64,000 nt of DNA from Escherichia phage vB_EcoP_EP32B. Position numbers and translations under genes: made by a program. The stretch lies in the sequence record OR544955; one strand, written 5' to 3'. Below the pieces are notes generated by a model. It saw only the letters and a program-made list of their open reading frames with translations. It was not told where the DNA came from and searched no databases. Shown here in pieces: positions 11,366 through 19,969 of the stretch (the first letter of the stretch is position 1; each line of letters opens with the position of its first letter).

Positions 11366-12322
11366 ATGATGTTAGTTATTGGTTCTCGTGCACTTCACTA
11401 TCACGGTCTTATTGATTCTAGCGCTATTAAAAATAGTGATTGGGACTTTATTGCGGACCAAGGTTCTTGGAATGCATTCAAAAATCAAATGATGGGTGTA
11501 TATGTTCACCAAGATAACCCTGATGTCCAAGTTTTCAAATGCTTCCATAATGGACGCGAAACTCATTTTGAAGCATATATTGTTCCGGCAATCACTAGTG
11601 TCCGTGAATTAGTCGGTGAACTCACTCCTGAAGATTTCACGTCTTCTTATGACCTTTTAAAATACGCCAAGAAAAATTTGACTAAAGACCGTTTGAACGG
11701 GTTTTACTGGGCAACTCCTGAGATATGTCTTGCAATTAAGATGTCTCATCGTTTCAAGAAAAATAATCCATTCTTTTTAAAGACTATGAACCATATTCAG
11801 TATCTTCGTGGTAAAGGTGTTAAACTGAACGATGAACTTACTGAAATTATGCTGAAACGCCAGAAAGAAACCTTGAACTATGCTCACCCTGTTCTTGACA
11901 CTTCTAAAAGTGCGTTCTTTAAAGATGACATCTATACATATGACCATGATACTATTCACGAAGCTATTGCACTAACAGACCGTCCGGCTTATACATTTTA
12001 CATGAAAGATGGTTCTGAAGTCATGACCTCACGCGAGAAGTTTGAATCACTTCCGGAAATGGTCAAATTGGCCGGTGTATATGAAGAAACATGTGTACTA
12101 GCGTTAGAACGTTCTCAGATTCCTAATGGCTTTGAAATCCATCCTCGTGATAGTTTTATGATGGCATTAGAAAAGGTCTGTACTTCAATCACATCAGGCT
12201 GGTTCCGTGAGTTCGCTTGGGAAAATTATAGCAAAGTAGTAAGTATGTACCAAAGCTTAGGACACGACGATTACGTCAAGCGTTTCAAACAAAACTTTCA
12301 TATGGTAAAACCTTTCAAATAA
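11366..12322 (+). CDS. hypothetical protein with possible Pol-beta-type nucleotidyltransferase N-terminal motif
   Basis: 318 aa; LVIGSRALHYHGLIDSSAIKNSDWDFIAD resembles the GS...DxD nucleotidyltransferase signature. Confidence 0.6.
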   Translation: MMLVIGSRALHYHGLIDSSAIKNSDWDFIADQGSWNAFKNQMMGVYVHQDNPDVQVFKCFHNGRETHFEAYIVPAITSVRELVGELTPEDFTSSYDLLKYAKKNLTKDRLNGFYWATPEICLAIKMSHRFKKNNPFFLKTMNHIQYLRGKGVKLNDELTEIMLKRQKETLNYAHPVLDTSKSAFFKDDIYTYDHDTIHEAIALTDRPAYTFYMKDGSEVMTSREKFESLPEMVKLAGVYEETCVLALERSQIPNGFEIHPRDSFMMALEKVCTSITSGWFREFAWENYSKVVSMYQSLGHDDYVKRFKQNFHMVKPFK

Positions 12323-12372
12323 TTTCACAAAACAGTTTACAAGGTCTGTAGTTGTTGATACTATAGACCTAT
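12323..12372 (+). promoter_or_regulatory. early promoter in inverted repeat (PeSL-like)
   Basis: TTTCACAAAACAGTTTAC, inverted repeat AGGTCTGTAG...CTATAGACCT spanning GATACTATAG. Confidence 0.45.
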
Positions 12373-12402
12373 CAAAACAAATGAGTGAATGGAGATATCA
12401 AA

Positions 12403-12603
12403 ATGACTACTTTGAATAAACGTTTCGGTAAAGCTAAACCTGGTTGTGCAGCAGAACGTCGTTATGTTTTCGCTCAGTTAGAAGATGTAGAGTATCAGAT
12501 TAATCAAGTTCACATTACTGGTATCGAGCCTATGTGTGGCCTTGAAGCTCTTCGTGAAGTTCGTGATGGGTATCGTCGTGACATCGAAGAAATGTCAAAA
12601 TAA
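12403..12603 (+). CDS. hypothetical protein (66 aa)
   Basis: ORF 12385..12603, start at MTTLNKRFG. Confidence 0.5.
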   Translation: MTTLNKRFGKAKPGCAAERRYVFAQLEDVEYQINQVHITGIEPMCGLEALREVRDGYRRDIEEMSK

Positions 12604-12650
12604 GTGTACAAACTGATAGGACTATGTTATAGTAGTAGTCCTATTAAAAC
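12604..12650 (+). promoter_or_regulatory. early promoter in inverted repeat (PeSL-like)
   Basis: GTGTAC -35 variant, inverted repeat ATAGGACTATGTTATAGTAGTAGTCCTAT, then GAGGAG. Confidence 0.4.
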
Positions 12651-12664
12651 ATGAGGAGAATATT

Positions 12665-12970
12665 ATGAAATTAACAGAAACCAATCGAATTGGTCTTTTA
12701 ACAATACTTGCATCACCTTTTTACGCAACTCTTTCTGTTGCAGTATTACAAAAGGCTTACGATATGGATGGTGTTCCTGGTTTTGTATTCTTATCGCCGT
12801 TTTTGCTATTCGTTGGAGCATTGTTATTATATGCCACGACTGGTTTCGACCATAATGTCTGGGTCAATTATAAACGTAAATTGTCCGAAGAAGAACACGC
12901 AGAAGCTCGTAAAAAAGCTATTGAATCTACCAATCTAGAAAATTTCATTAAAGAATGTCGAGGAAAATAA
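12665..12970 (+). CDS. membrane protein (101 aa, two hydrophobic segments)
   Basis: hydrophobic stretches ILASPFYATLSVAVL and FVFLSPFLLFVGALLLY. Confidence 0.6.
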   Translation: MKLTETNRIGLLTILASPFYATLSVAVLQKAYDMDGVPGFVFLSPFLLFVGALLLYATTGFDHNVWVNYKRKLSEEEHAEARKKAIESTNLENFIKECRGK

Positions 12971-12971
12971 T

Positions 12972-13566
12972 ATGAATAGTTCTAAAGTGTTTAATAGTCA
13001 AGCTCGTGCAGTAGGTGGTTTTGCTCATGCGATTAAAAATGACCAGATTAAAAACGAGCCTATGTTCTTTTGTATTTGATTCACGAGTCCACATGCTGAT
13101 GCCTGGTTGGTATCCTGCTATCCCAGGTTATCACCATGATGACGTACCACGCCCGGATATTCCGGTTGGTCAACATTTTATTACTGCAGGACAACCTGAC
13201 TATGACAATCCTCGCTATTTGTCTGAACATATTCTTGGTCTTGTTAACGCTGATGTGTGTCCTACTCATTTTGCAACAGGAACTGCGGAGTTCAGTCAGA
13301 TTCCTGATGGCGAACTTATCTATCGCCAGTGGCACAAAGAAGTCCTCGAAAAAATCGAAAAAGGCGAACTAGAGAAATGGGAAGCTCCAGACCGTACTCT
13401 TCTTCAGTTTGATTGGCAAACATGGCACACTGGTTCTCGTGCAATTAGTAATGGATGGCGTTGGTTCGGACGTGTATCTCGTAATACAGACCGAGTTAAA
13501 AAGATTACCAATGAAATTCGCGTCAATGCCCAAGTTTATCTGGAATTCCCTATGGAAGGCTGGTAA
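12972..13566 (+). pseudogene. hypothetical gene apparently split by a frameshift
   Basis: ATG 12972 with GAGGAAAA Shine-Dalgarno opens a 34-codon ORF that stops about 13076; the 183-codon ORF 13015..13566 continues in the +1 frame across A5 runs. Confidence 0.4.
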
Positions 13567-13925
13567 TGATTAACAAAACATATTGGTCTAATATTGACGA
13601 CGGCAATGAAGGTATTTCGTACTATTCAGTGGATTGGACAGGATGTCCATCCTACTTAGTGAAACGTATTTGCCAAGAATTTAAAATCGACAAACCAGCA
13701 GGTATTATCGTGAACAGATACATTAATGGATATCAACCTATCGATGAAGTAATACGAACAACTCAAGCTGATCTTGAAAAGTTTTTCAATAAGTGCCAAT
13801 GGATAACAGGATGGATTATATTTGTACCGTCGGTATGGTTTTTTAGTACTAAGGTGAGTTCTTTCGGTTTTGTTGATATTATTGCTATCTTATTAGCATC
13901 TGCTATCATAAGTCATCATTATTAA
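13566..13925 (+). CDS. hypothetical protein with C-terminal transmembrane segment (119 aa)
   Basis: ATGA overlap with upstream ORF; hydrophobic C-terminus. Confidence 0.55.
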   Translation: MINKTYWSNIDDGNEGISYYSVDWTGCPSYLVKRICQEFKIDKPAGIIVNRYINGYQPIDEVIRTTQADLEKFFNKCQWITGWIIFVPSVWFFSTKVSSFGFVDIIAILLASAIISHHY

Positions 13926-14018
13926 TCTTGTTAAAAGTAGTTTACAGGAACGTAAAGACAAGATAAAGGCCAAGAATAACGAAGTTGAACGTTTTATTAC
14001 TGAATGCAGGAATTTGAG

Positions 14019-14255
14019 ATGAGTATAGCAATTTACATTAAATCAGAATCATGTGATAGTTATCTGTACACATACGATAAAGATGTGTCAGAAGAAAAAA
14101 TCAAAGACGACCTTAATACGGATCTTGATATGTTCTGTCCTATTGCAGATTACAAACTTGCGGTCTCTAATAGTGAAAGTCCATCTAAAGAAACGCGCAT
14201 TGAAGAATTTATGTCCGAATTAATGGCCAAATCATGGGACCGAGATGATGAGTAA
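14019..14255 (+). CDS. hypothetical acidic protein (78 aa)
   Basis: ORF 14004..14255; start MSIAIY preceded by AGGAA. Confidence 0.5.
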   Translation: MSIAIYIKSESCDSYLYTYDKDVSEEKIKDDLNTDLDMFCPIADYKLAVSNSESPSKETRIEEFMSELMAKSWDRDDE

Positions 14256-14703
14256 GAAAAATAAAGTGAAAGAACTATCAGCCGGTATTATTTTCCTTAC
14301 CGAAGATAAAGAATTATTCATGGGGCGTGTAACTGGTTCTCGTCCTAAAGGTTCTTTAGCTCATCGCTGGGATATTCCTAAAGGACGTGTCGAGCCCGGT
14401 GAATCTCCTATTGAAGCCGCTATTCGCGAATGCGAAGAAGAAACTGGGTTTACACAATATGACCCTGCCTTCCTGAAAGACCTAGGTGAACATCATTACT
14501 CAGACAATAAGAATATTCATCTGTTCCTATATACCATCCCTGTAGAGCACGAGCAATTCAGAAACAGTGCTTGTAATTCCTATCATACATTCCCAGACGG
14601 ACGACAGATTCCTGAATTTGATGCGTTCGCTTTAATTAAACCTTCTCAATGGGAATATGTGATGGGCAAATCATTATATAAGGTGCTCACTACTATCCTA
14701 TAA
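14245..14703 (+). CDS. nudE: Nudix hydrolase (NudE / e.1-like)
   Basis: Nudix box GRVEPGESPIEAAIRECEEETG; located just upstream of gene e as in T4. Confidence 0.85.
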   Translation: MMSKKNKVKELSAGIIFLTEDKELFMGRVTGSRPKGSLAHRWDIPKGRVEPGESPIEAAIRECEEETGFTQYDPAFLKDLGEHHYSDNKNIHLFLYTIPVEHEQFRNSACNSYHTFPDGRQIPEFDAFALIKPSQWEYVMGKSLYKVLTTIL

Positions 14704-14737
14704 GTAATAAATATCTCCTATAAACGTGGGAGGTATT

Positions 14738-15226
14738 ATGAATATATTTGAAATGCTTCGTAATGACGAAGGTCTTAGACTGACTTTATACAAAGACACT
14801 GAAGGCTTTTGGACGATTGGCATAGGCCACTTGGTAACAAAGAACCCGTCTTTAGCCGTAGCTAAAGCTGAACTTGACAGAATGATCGGTCGTAAATGCA
14901 ACGGTACAATTACCCTTGATGAGGCTGAAAAGCTATTTAATGAAGACGTCGATAAAGCCGTTCGCGGAATCTTGGGTAATGCTAAACTTAAACCGGTATA
15001 TGATTCTTTAGATGCAGTTCGTCGATGTGCATTGGTCAATATGGTCTTCCAAATGGGTGTAGCAGGCGTTGCTGGTTTTACTAATTCTCTTCGTATGCTT
15101 CAACAGAAGCGTTGGGATGAAGCGGCAGTAAATCTAGCCCAATCTAAATGGTACCGTCAGACACCTAATCGAGCGAAACGCGTAATCTCAACATTTAAAA
15201 CAGGAACTTGGAAAGCGTATATATGA
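14738..15226 (+). CDS. e: lysozyme (endolysin), gene e
   Basis: 162 aa [32 protein letters not shown]; about 80% identical to T4 lysozyme as recalled. Confidence 0.95.
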   Translation: MNIFEMLRNDEGLRLTLYKDTEGFWTIGIGHLVTKNPSLAVAKAELDRMIGRKCNGTITLDEAEKLFNEDVDKAVRGILGNAKLKPVYDSLDAVRRCALVNMVFQMGVAGVAGFTNSLRMLQQKRWDEAAVNLAQSKWYRQTPNRAKRVISTFKTGTWKAYI

Positions 15227-15504
15227 AAACATATAGTGAATTTTTATCAGAATCTATTCTTAACGAAGCTACTGACACATTTGCAACTAAGCTAGGTGCA
15301 GCTTTGGTTGAAGCTGAAAGTCTATTAGCACGTATTTCTGAACTTGCCAGTAAGATAGATACTCGCAAATTTGAGCGCACCAGTGATATCGTTAAGCTTG
15401 AAGCCTTGTTACGTATGTGCGATAAACCGGAAGAAATCGCTAAGAACGGCTCGCTGATGAAACAACGTCTTGAAAAATATATTTCAGGCGCTTCAGAAAA
15501 ATAG
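15223..15504 (+). CDS. internal protein (IP-like) with capsid targeting sequence
   Basis: begins [10 protein letters not shown], resembling the T4 IP targeting sequence MKTYQEFIAE with an LxE protease site; located between e and denV. Confidence 0.6.
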   Translation: MKTYSEFLSESILNEATDTFATKLGAALVEAESLLARISELASKIDTRKFERTSDIVKLEALLRMCDKPEEIAKNGSLMKQRLEKYISGASEK

Positions 15505-15505
15505 T

Positions 15506-15558
15506 GTTTACTTCCTCCAAGGACTTTGATACTATACATTCATCAACTACTTGGAGGA
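15506..15558 (+). promoter_or_regulatory. early promoter in inverted repeat (PeSL-like) upstream of denV
   Basis: GTTTAC -35, inverted repeat TCCTCCAAG...CTTGGAGGA whose 3-prime arm contains the Shine-Dalgarno sequence. Confidence 0.5.
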
Positions 15559-15562
15559 AATT

Positions 15563-15976
15563 ATGACTCGTATCAATTTAACACTTGTTTCTGAACTGAC
15601 TGACCAACATCTTATGGCTGAGTATCGTGAATTACCACGCGTATTTGGTGCAGTCCGTAAACATGTTCAAAACGGTAAACGTGTAAAGGATTTTAAAATC
15701 TCTCCAACATTTATCTTAGGCACAGGTCACGTAACATTCTTTTACGACAAACTTGAATTTTTACGTTTACGACAAATCGAGCTAATCGCCGAATGCTTGA
15801 AACGTGGTTTCAAAATCAAGGACACGACTGTCCAGGATATTTCCGACATCCCTGCAGAATTTCGTAATAATTATGTCCCATCCGAAGCGTCCATTGCGAT
15901 AAGTCAAGCACGCTTAGATGAAAAAATTGCTCAACGTCCGACTTGGTACAAATACTATGGTAAATCAATTTACTAA
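15563..15976 (+). CDS. denV: endonuclease V (pyrimidine dimer DNA glycosylase), denV
   Basis: [35 protein letters not shown], near identical to T4 endo V as recalled. Confidence 0.95.
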   Translation: MTRINLTLVSELTDQHLMAEYRELPRVFGAVRKHVQNGKRVKDFKISPTFILGTGHVTFFYDKLEFLRLRQIELIAECLKRGFKIKDTTVQDISDIPAEFRNNYVPSEASIAISQARLDEKIAQRPTWYKYYGKSIY

Positions 15977-16068
15977 GGAACAAAATGAAAACTCCAACCT
16001 GTAATAATGTCGAGCCCAAGTGCGGTAATGGGTTGCCACGGAATGGCCCAACATAAAAGAGAAACTAA

Positions 16069-16590
16069 ATGAGAACATTTTTAACTGGACCTTATCTATC
16101 CCTGATGAATGCTTTTACACACCATTCTGATGCTAGAGTAGAAGAAATTTGTAAGAACGGTTATGTCCCACCATTTGAAGACGTACTCAAGCAGTACTGT
16201 ACACTTCGTTTAGACGGTGGCAGACAATCCGGTAAATCAATTGCTGTGACTAACTTTGCTGCTAATTGGCTGTATGATGGCGGAACAGTTATTGTTCTTT
16301 CTAATACTTCAGCTTATGCTAAAATTTCTGCTGGTAACATTGAAAAAGAATTTTCTCGATATTCTAGCGATGATATTCGATTCCGTTTATTTACTGATTC
16401 TGTTCGTAGTTTTATTGGCAATGAAGGTTCTAAATTCCGTGGATTAACGCTTTCTCGTATTCTGTATATAATTGACGAGCCTATTAAAGCTCCTGATATG
16501 GATAAGATTTACAATGTCCATATTAAAACAGTTACTGTTGCAAAAGCAAATATTGCATCGGCGGTAATGCTCGTCCTCAATTTTTTGTGA
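16069..16590 (+). CDS. small P-loop NTPase-like protein (173 aa)
   Basis: Walker A GGRQSGKS and Walker B-like LYIIDEP. Confidence 0.6.
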   Translation: MRTFLTGPYLSLMNAFTHHSDARVEEICKNGYVPPFEDVLKQYCTLRLDGGRQSGKSIAVTNFAANWLYDGGTVIVLSNTSAYAKISAGNIEKEFSRYSSDDIRFRLFTDSVRSFIGNEGSKFRGLTLSRILYIIDEPIKAPDMDKIYNVHIKTVTVAKANIASAVMLVLNFL

Positions 16591-16600
16591 TTGGAATGCA

Positions 16601-16909
16601 ATGATGACCACTATTGAAGTTTTTGAATATTGTTATAACAGTCCAGTATGCAATAAAAGGGCCCTTGTAGAAAATTACGAGATTTACCATTTTAAACCTA
16701 AACGATATCGTTTGACTAAAGGTCCGTTCGCAGGGCAGCAGGTTCTTTGTACTGCTCCTAATGCACGACTGATGACTAGTATTCCACATTTCAAAATGGA
16801 ATTTATTGATGGGCCATTTAAGGGATTAACCACTCAAAGTTTAATGGCGTTTAGTTCTGACCCATTTTTGATTAAAGAAAAAACTTGGATAAATTTATTT
16901 TCTAATTGA
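16601..16909 (+). CDS. hypothetical protein (102 aa)
   Basis: ORF following upstream gene. Confidence 0.5.
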   Translation: MMTTIEVFEYCYNSPVCNKRALVENYEIYHFKPKRYRLTKGPFAGQQVLCTAPNARLMTSIPHFKMEFIDGPFKGLTTQSLMAFSSDPFLIKEKTWINLFSN

Positions 16910-16915
16910 GGTTAT

Positions 16916-17278
16916 ATGAAAGCATATCAAATTCTTGAAGGTGCACATAAAGGCACTATTTATTTTGAAGACGGTACTCAAGCCCGGATTATTGTCTCTA
17001 AGACTTTTAAAGAAGACGCTATTGTAGACCCGGAAATTTTCTACGGTTTGAATGCCCGTGAAATTGAAATTGAACATCAACCTAAAGTTAAAATTGAAGG
17101 TGGTCAACACCTGAACGTTAACGTTCTGCGTCGCGAAACTCTGGAAGATGCAGTTAAGCATCCAGAAAAATATCCGCAGCTGACCATCCGTGTATCCGGT
17201 TATGCAGTTCGCTTTAACTCTCTAACTCCGGAACAGCAGCGCGACGTTATCGCTCGTACCTTTACTGAGAGTCTATAA
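16916..17278 (+). CDS. autonomous glycyl radical cofactor (GrcA/YfiD-like, T4 Y06I-like)
   Basis: C-terminal 60 residues [61 protein letters not shown] contain the RVSGY glycyl radical motif and match E. coli GrcA as recalled; local GC visibly higher. Confidence 0.85.
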   Translation: MKAYQILEGAHKGTIYFEDGTQARIIVSKTFKEDAIVDPEIFYGLNAREIEIEHQPKVKIEGGQHLNVNVLRRETLEDAVKHPEKYPQLTIRVSGYAVRFNSLTPEQQRDVIARTFTESL

Positions 17279-17502
17279 TGGCTAAATTGATTATAGAAGG
17301 GTCTGAAGATGTTTTAAAATGTTTTGCCGCCTGGTTTAGTTGCTCAGGCGAGCAATCATTCATTGAAGCATTTAGAATGGGTGATATTACTGGAAACTAT
17401 CCGACAACTGATATCACTGTACGTGGATATGGTATTAATGAGCCTATCCAATTGGTCGAATATGACCTTGCCACCGATGAGGAAATTCCTTATGTCGATT
17501 GA
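17278..17502 (+). CDS. hypothetical protein (74 aa)
   Basis: ATAATG overlap with GrcA stop. Confidence 0.5.
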   Translation: MAKLIIEGSEDVLKCFAAWFSCSGEQSFIEAFRMGDITGNYPTTDITVRGYGINEPIQLVEYDLATDEEIPYVD

Positions 17503-17890
17503 AGACATCAAAGGCTATAAGCCGCATACCGACGATAAAATCGGTAAAGTGAACGCTATTAAAGATGCAGAAGTTCGAGGAAAAATACTAATGGCTCAAA
17601 TCCTATCAGGCTTTGGAACTCATTATGAAGCATCTAGACGCATAACTGAAAGCAATCCTTTTGGCCTTGTTCCGAAGCACAAGAAAATTCAAAGCCTTGA
17701 TGACTTTGAGAACCGCCTATGGGCCCTCTTTAATGAGTACAAGGCATATCTGAAAGAAGACGCTGACGATTGTCTTGAAGAAGATGAGATTGCGTATTAC
17801 GAACAACGCCTTGAACAGCTCAAGAACTTCCATCAGGTTCGTGACGAAGTATCTAAAGCAGTTAAAAAGTTAATTCCTTTCAAAGAGTAG
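17492..17890 (+). CDS. hypothetical protein (132 aa)
   Basis: start at [12 protein letters not shown] overlapping upstream stop (ATGTCGATTGA); frame of track ORF 17324..17890. Confidence 0.5.
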   Translation: MSIEDIKGYKPHTDDKIGKVNAIKDAEVRGKILMAQILSGFGTHYEASRRITESNPFGLVPKHKKIQSLDDFENRLWALFNEYKAYLKEDADDCLEEDEIAYYEQRLEQLKNFHQVRDEVSKAVKKLIPFKE

Positions 17891-17939
17891 TTTACTTCTC
17901 CTCTAGTTGTGTTACTATAGACATGTCAACTAGAGGAGA
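17890..17939 (+). promoter_or_regulatory. early promoter in inverted repeat (PeSL-like) upstream of regB
   Basis: GTTTAC, arms TCTCCTCTAGTTG / CAACTAGAGGAGA flanking GTTACTATAG. Confidence 0.5.
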
Positions 17940-17946
17940 AATCAAA

Positions 17947-18405
17947 ATGACTATCAATTCAGACGTTTTTATCCGCCGTAATAAACTCCGTCGAATCTTT
18001 GAAACGGAGTTCCGCAAAATAAATGCCGGTATAAAAGATGCTGCAAAGTCTCTTGGACTACCAGGCTTTCATATCAAGTATTCTCAACATCTCTTAGATC
18101 GTGCCATCCAGAGAGAAATAGATGAGAATTACGTTTTTGAATTATTTCATAAAGTAAAAAATCATGTTAAAGAAGTTGCAGAATTTTTATCAATGCCGGC
18201 ACGTCCAGATGTTGATGAAGATTTTGTCGAAGGTGTCGAGTATCGTCCAGGCCGTTTAGAAATAACTGATGGAAATCTTTGGTTAGGACTTACAGTCTGT
18301 CGCGAAAATCCAGCATTCAAAATGAAGACTCTTCAATGCAGAATGGCTATTATTAACAGTAAACGACTACCAGGAAAAGCTTCTAAAGCAGTGATTAAAA
18401 TCTAG
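17947..18405 (+). CDS. regB: endoribonuclease RegB
   Basis: MTINSDVFIRRNKLRRIFETEF...NSKRLPGKASKAVIKI, matches recalled T4 RegB. Confidence 0.9.
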   Translation: MTINSDVFIRRNKLRRIFETEFRKINAGIKDAAKSLGLPGFHIKYSQHLLDRAIQREIDENYVFELFHKVKNHVKEVAEFLSMPARPDVDEDFVEGVEYRPGRLEITDGNLWLGLTVCRENPAFKMKTLQCRMAIINSKRLPGKASKAVIKI

Positions 18406-18413
18406 AGGTAAAC

Positions 18414-18956
18414 ATGAGAAAAGCACTACTCGCTGGTCTATTTGCTCTTTCATTATCAGCACATAGCTCCGAGCATACTTTTAGTAATGTCCAACTCGAT
18501 AACTTGAATTATGCTTATCAGTTTGGGGAACAGTTTTCTAAGGACGGAAAATTTAAAACGCATGAAAATATGCATAAGAAAGGACTTGGATACATAATGG
18601 CCGCAATACTATGGCAGGAATCATCTGCCGGTATTAATCTTAAAGATAAGAAAGGTCACCATGCGTATGGAATGTTCCAAAATTATCTACCAACAATGAG
18701 GGTAAGAATTAACCAGCTTGGTTATAATATGACTGATGCCCAAATTAAGAAAATGCTATCTAAGCGGTCTAATTCAGCCAGATGGGCTTATATCGAATTT
18801 TCTTATTGGTTAAATATACATAACGGGGATATAAGAAAAGCTATATCCTCATATAATGCGGGATGGAAGACAAGTGCTGGAAGTAAATATGCTTCTGAAG
18901 TCCTAGAAAAGGCTAATTACCTTAAATCAAATAAACTACTGGAAATAAAAGAATGA
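18414..18956 (+). CDS. secreted lytic transglycosylase-like protein
   Basis: signal peptide MRKALLAGLFALSLSAHS; SLT-like motifs WQESSAG, GMFQ, SYNAGW. Confidence 0.6.
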   Translation: MRKALLAGLFALSLSAHSSEHTFSNVQLDNLNYAYQFGEQFSKDGKFKTHENMHKKGLGYIMAAILWQESSAGINLKDKKGHHAYGMFQNYLPTMRVRINQLGYNMTDAQIKKMLSKRSNSARWAYIEFSYWLNIHNGDIRKAISSYNAGWKTSAGSKYASEVLEKANYLKSNKLLEIKE

Positions 18957-19300
18957 CCAAAATGTTGGCTTTAATAGTTGGCTTGGTTTCATTTAGCGCT
19001 CTTGCTAATACTACATATACTGATGTAACGGAGTATACAAACAGAACGGCGTCTGATTATTGTGGTAAAAGTCAAGAGTGTAAAGTAGATTTTTCACAAA
19101 AATTGTTATATGCGTATAAAGACGGAGAAAAAGATGGGGCGTCTAGTAGGTTCAAGGCGTCTACCTTAATTAAAAGATACTATAAAAAATGGCAAATATT
19201 AGAATGCTCGGTGGCGGAACCTAAAGATAAGGCAGCATGCAATTCTATGGTGGACCGTCTAGTTGACTCTTATAATAGAGGACTTGCAGCAAGTGATTAA
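18953..19300 (+). CDS. secreted Cys-containing protein (115 aa)
   Basis: signal peptide MTKMLALIVGLVSFSALA. Confidence 0.55.
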   Translation: MTKMLALIVGLVSFSALANTTYTDVTEYTNRTASDYCGKSQECKVDFSQKLLYAYKDGEKDGASSRFKASTLIKRYYKKWQILECSVAEPKDKAACNSMVDRLVDSYNRGLAASD

Positions 19301-19760
19301 AAACTATATCAAGGGCGATATTGTCGCCCTGTTTTCTAAAGGTAATAATATTGCTCATGGGTGTAATTGTTTTCATACAATGGGCGCTGGTGTGGCAGGA
19401 CAATTAGCAAAGGCTTATCCAAAAATTTTAGAAGCCGATAAACTTCAAACCGAATTCGGAGACGAGTCTAAACTCGGGACTTATTCGGTTTATGAAAAAT
19501 ATTTTAAGACCCATAAAGCTTATTGCTTTAATCTTTATACACAGTTTGAGCCTGGACCTAATTTTGAGTACTATGCTTTAATGAATTGTATAATAGAATT
19601 AAATGAATTCGGAAAGAATAAGATAACAAAGCCTGTAATTTATATGCCAAGAATTGGTGCAGGTATCGGTGGCGGAAACTGGGATGTCATCGAAGAGATT
19701 TTAGACACATATTCCACTAAACTAGAAATTGTGATTGTTGATTGGGAACCATTATTATGA
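19293..19760 (+). CDS. macro domain protein (ADP-ribose binding/processing)
   Basis: NCFHTMGAGVAGQLAKAY and PRIGAGIGGGNWD resemble the two glycine-rich macro-domain motifs; start uncertain (GTG 19293 or TTG 19263). Confidence 0.6.
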   Translation: MIKNYIKGDIVALFSKGNNIAHGCNCFHTMGAGVAGQLAKAYPKILEADKLQTEFGDESKLGTYSVYEKYFKTHKAYCFNLYTQFEPGPNFEYYALMNCIIELNEFGKNKITKPVIYMPRIGAGIGGGNWDVIEEILDTYSTKLEIVIVDWEPLL

Positions 19761-19969
19761 ATATACATTATCCACATCCATATGACCCAAAGAATAAGGC
19801 AGTAATTATTCGTCAATGGGAACGCATTTGCCGTACTAAATGCCCAATTAATAGTCCACATGATGTAGATAAAGACTATATTGGAACATTCGTTGAATAT
19901 ACCTTTATTGATAAGAAAGGTCGTAAACAACATGTAGAAGAATATTGCTTAAAGGTTACATGGTTATGA
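19757..19969 (+). CDS. hypothetical protein (70 aa)
   Basis: ORF 19742..19969, start at MNIHYPHPYD. Confidence 0.45.
   Translation: MNIHYPHPYDPKNKAVIIRQWERICRTKCPINSPHDVDKDYIGTFVEYTFIDKKGRKQHVEEYCLKVTWL

Noticed and set aside
13081-13372. ORFs 13081..13335 (-) and 13136..13372 (+) overlapping the 13015..13566 ORF
   Set aside because: Alternative-frame and antisense ORFs with implausible Leu/Ile-rich translations.
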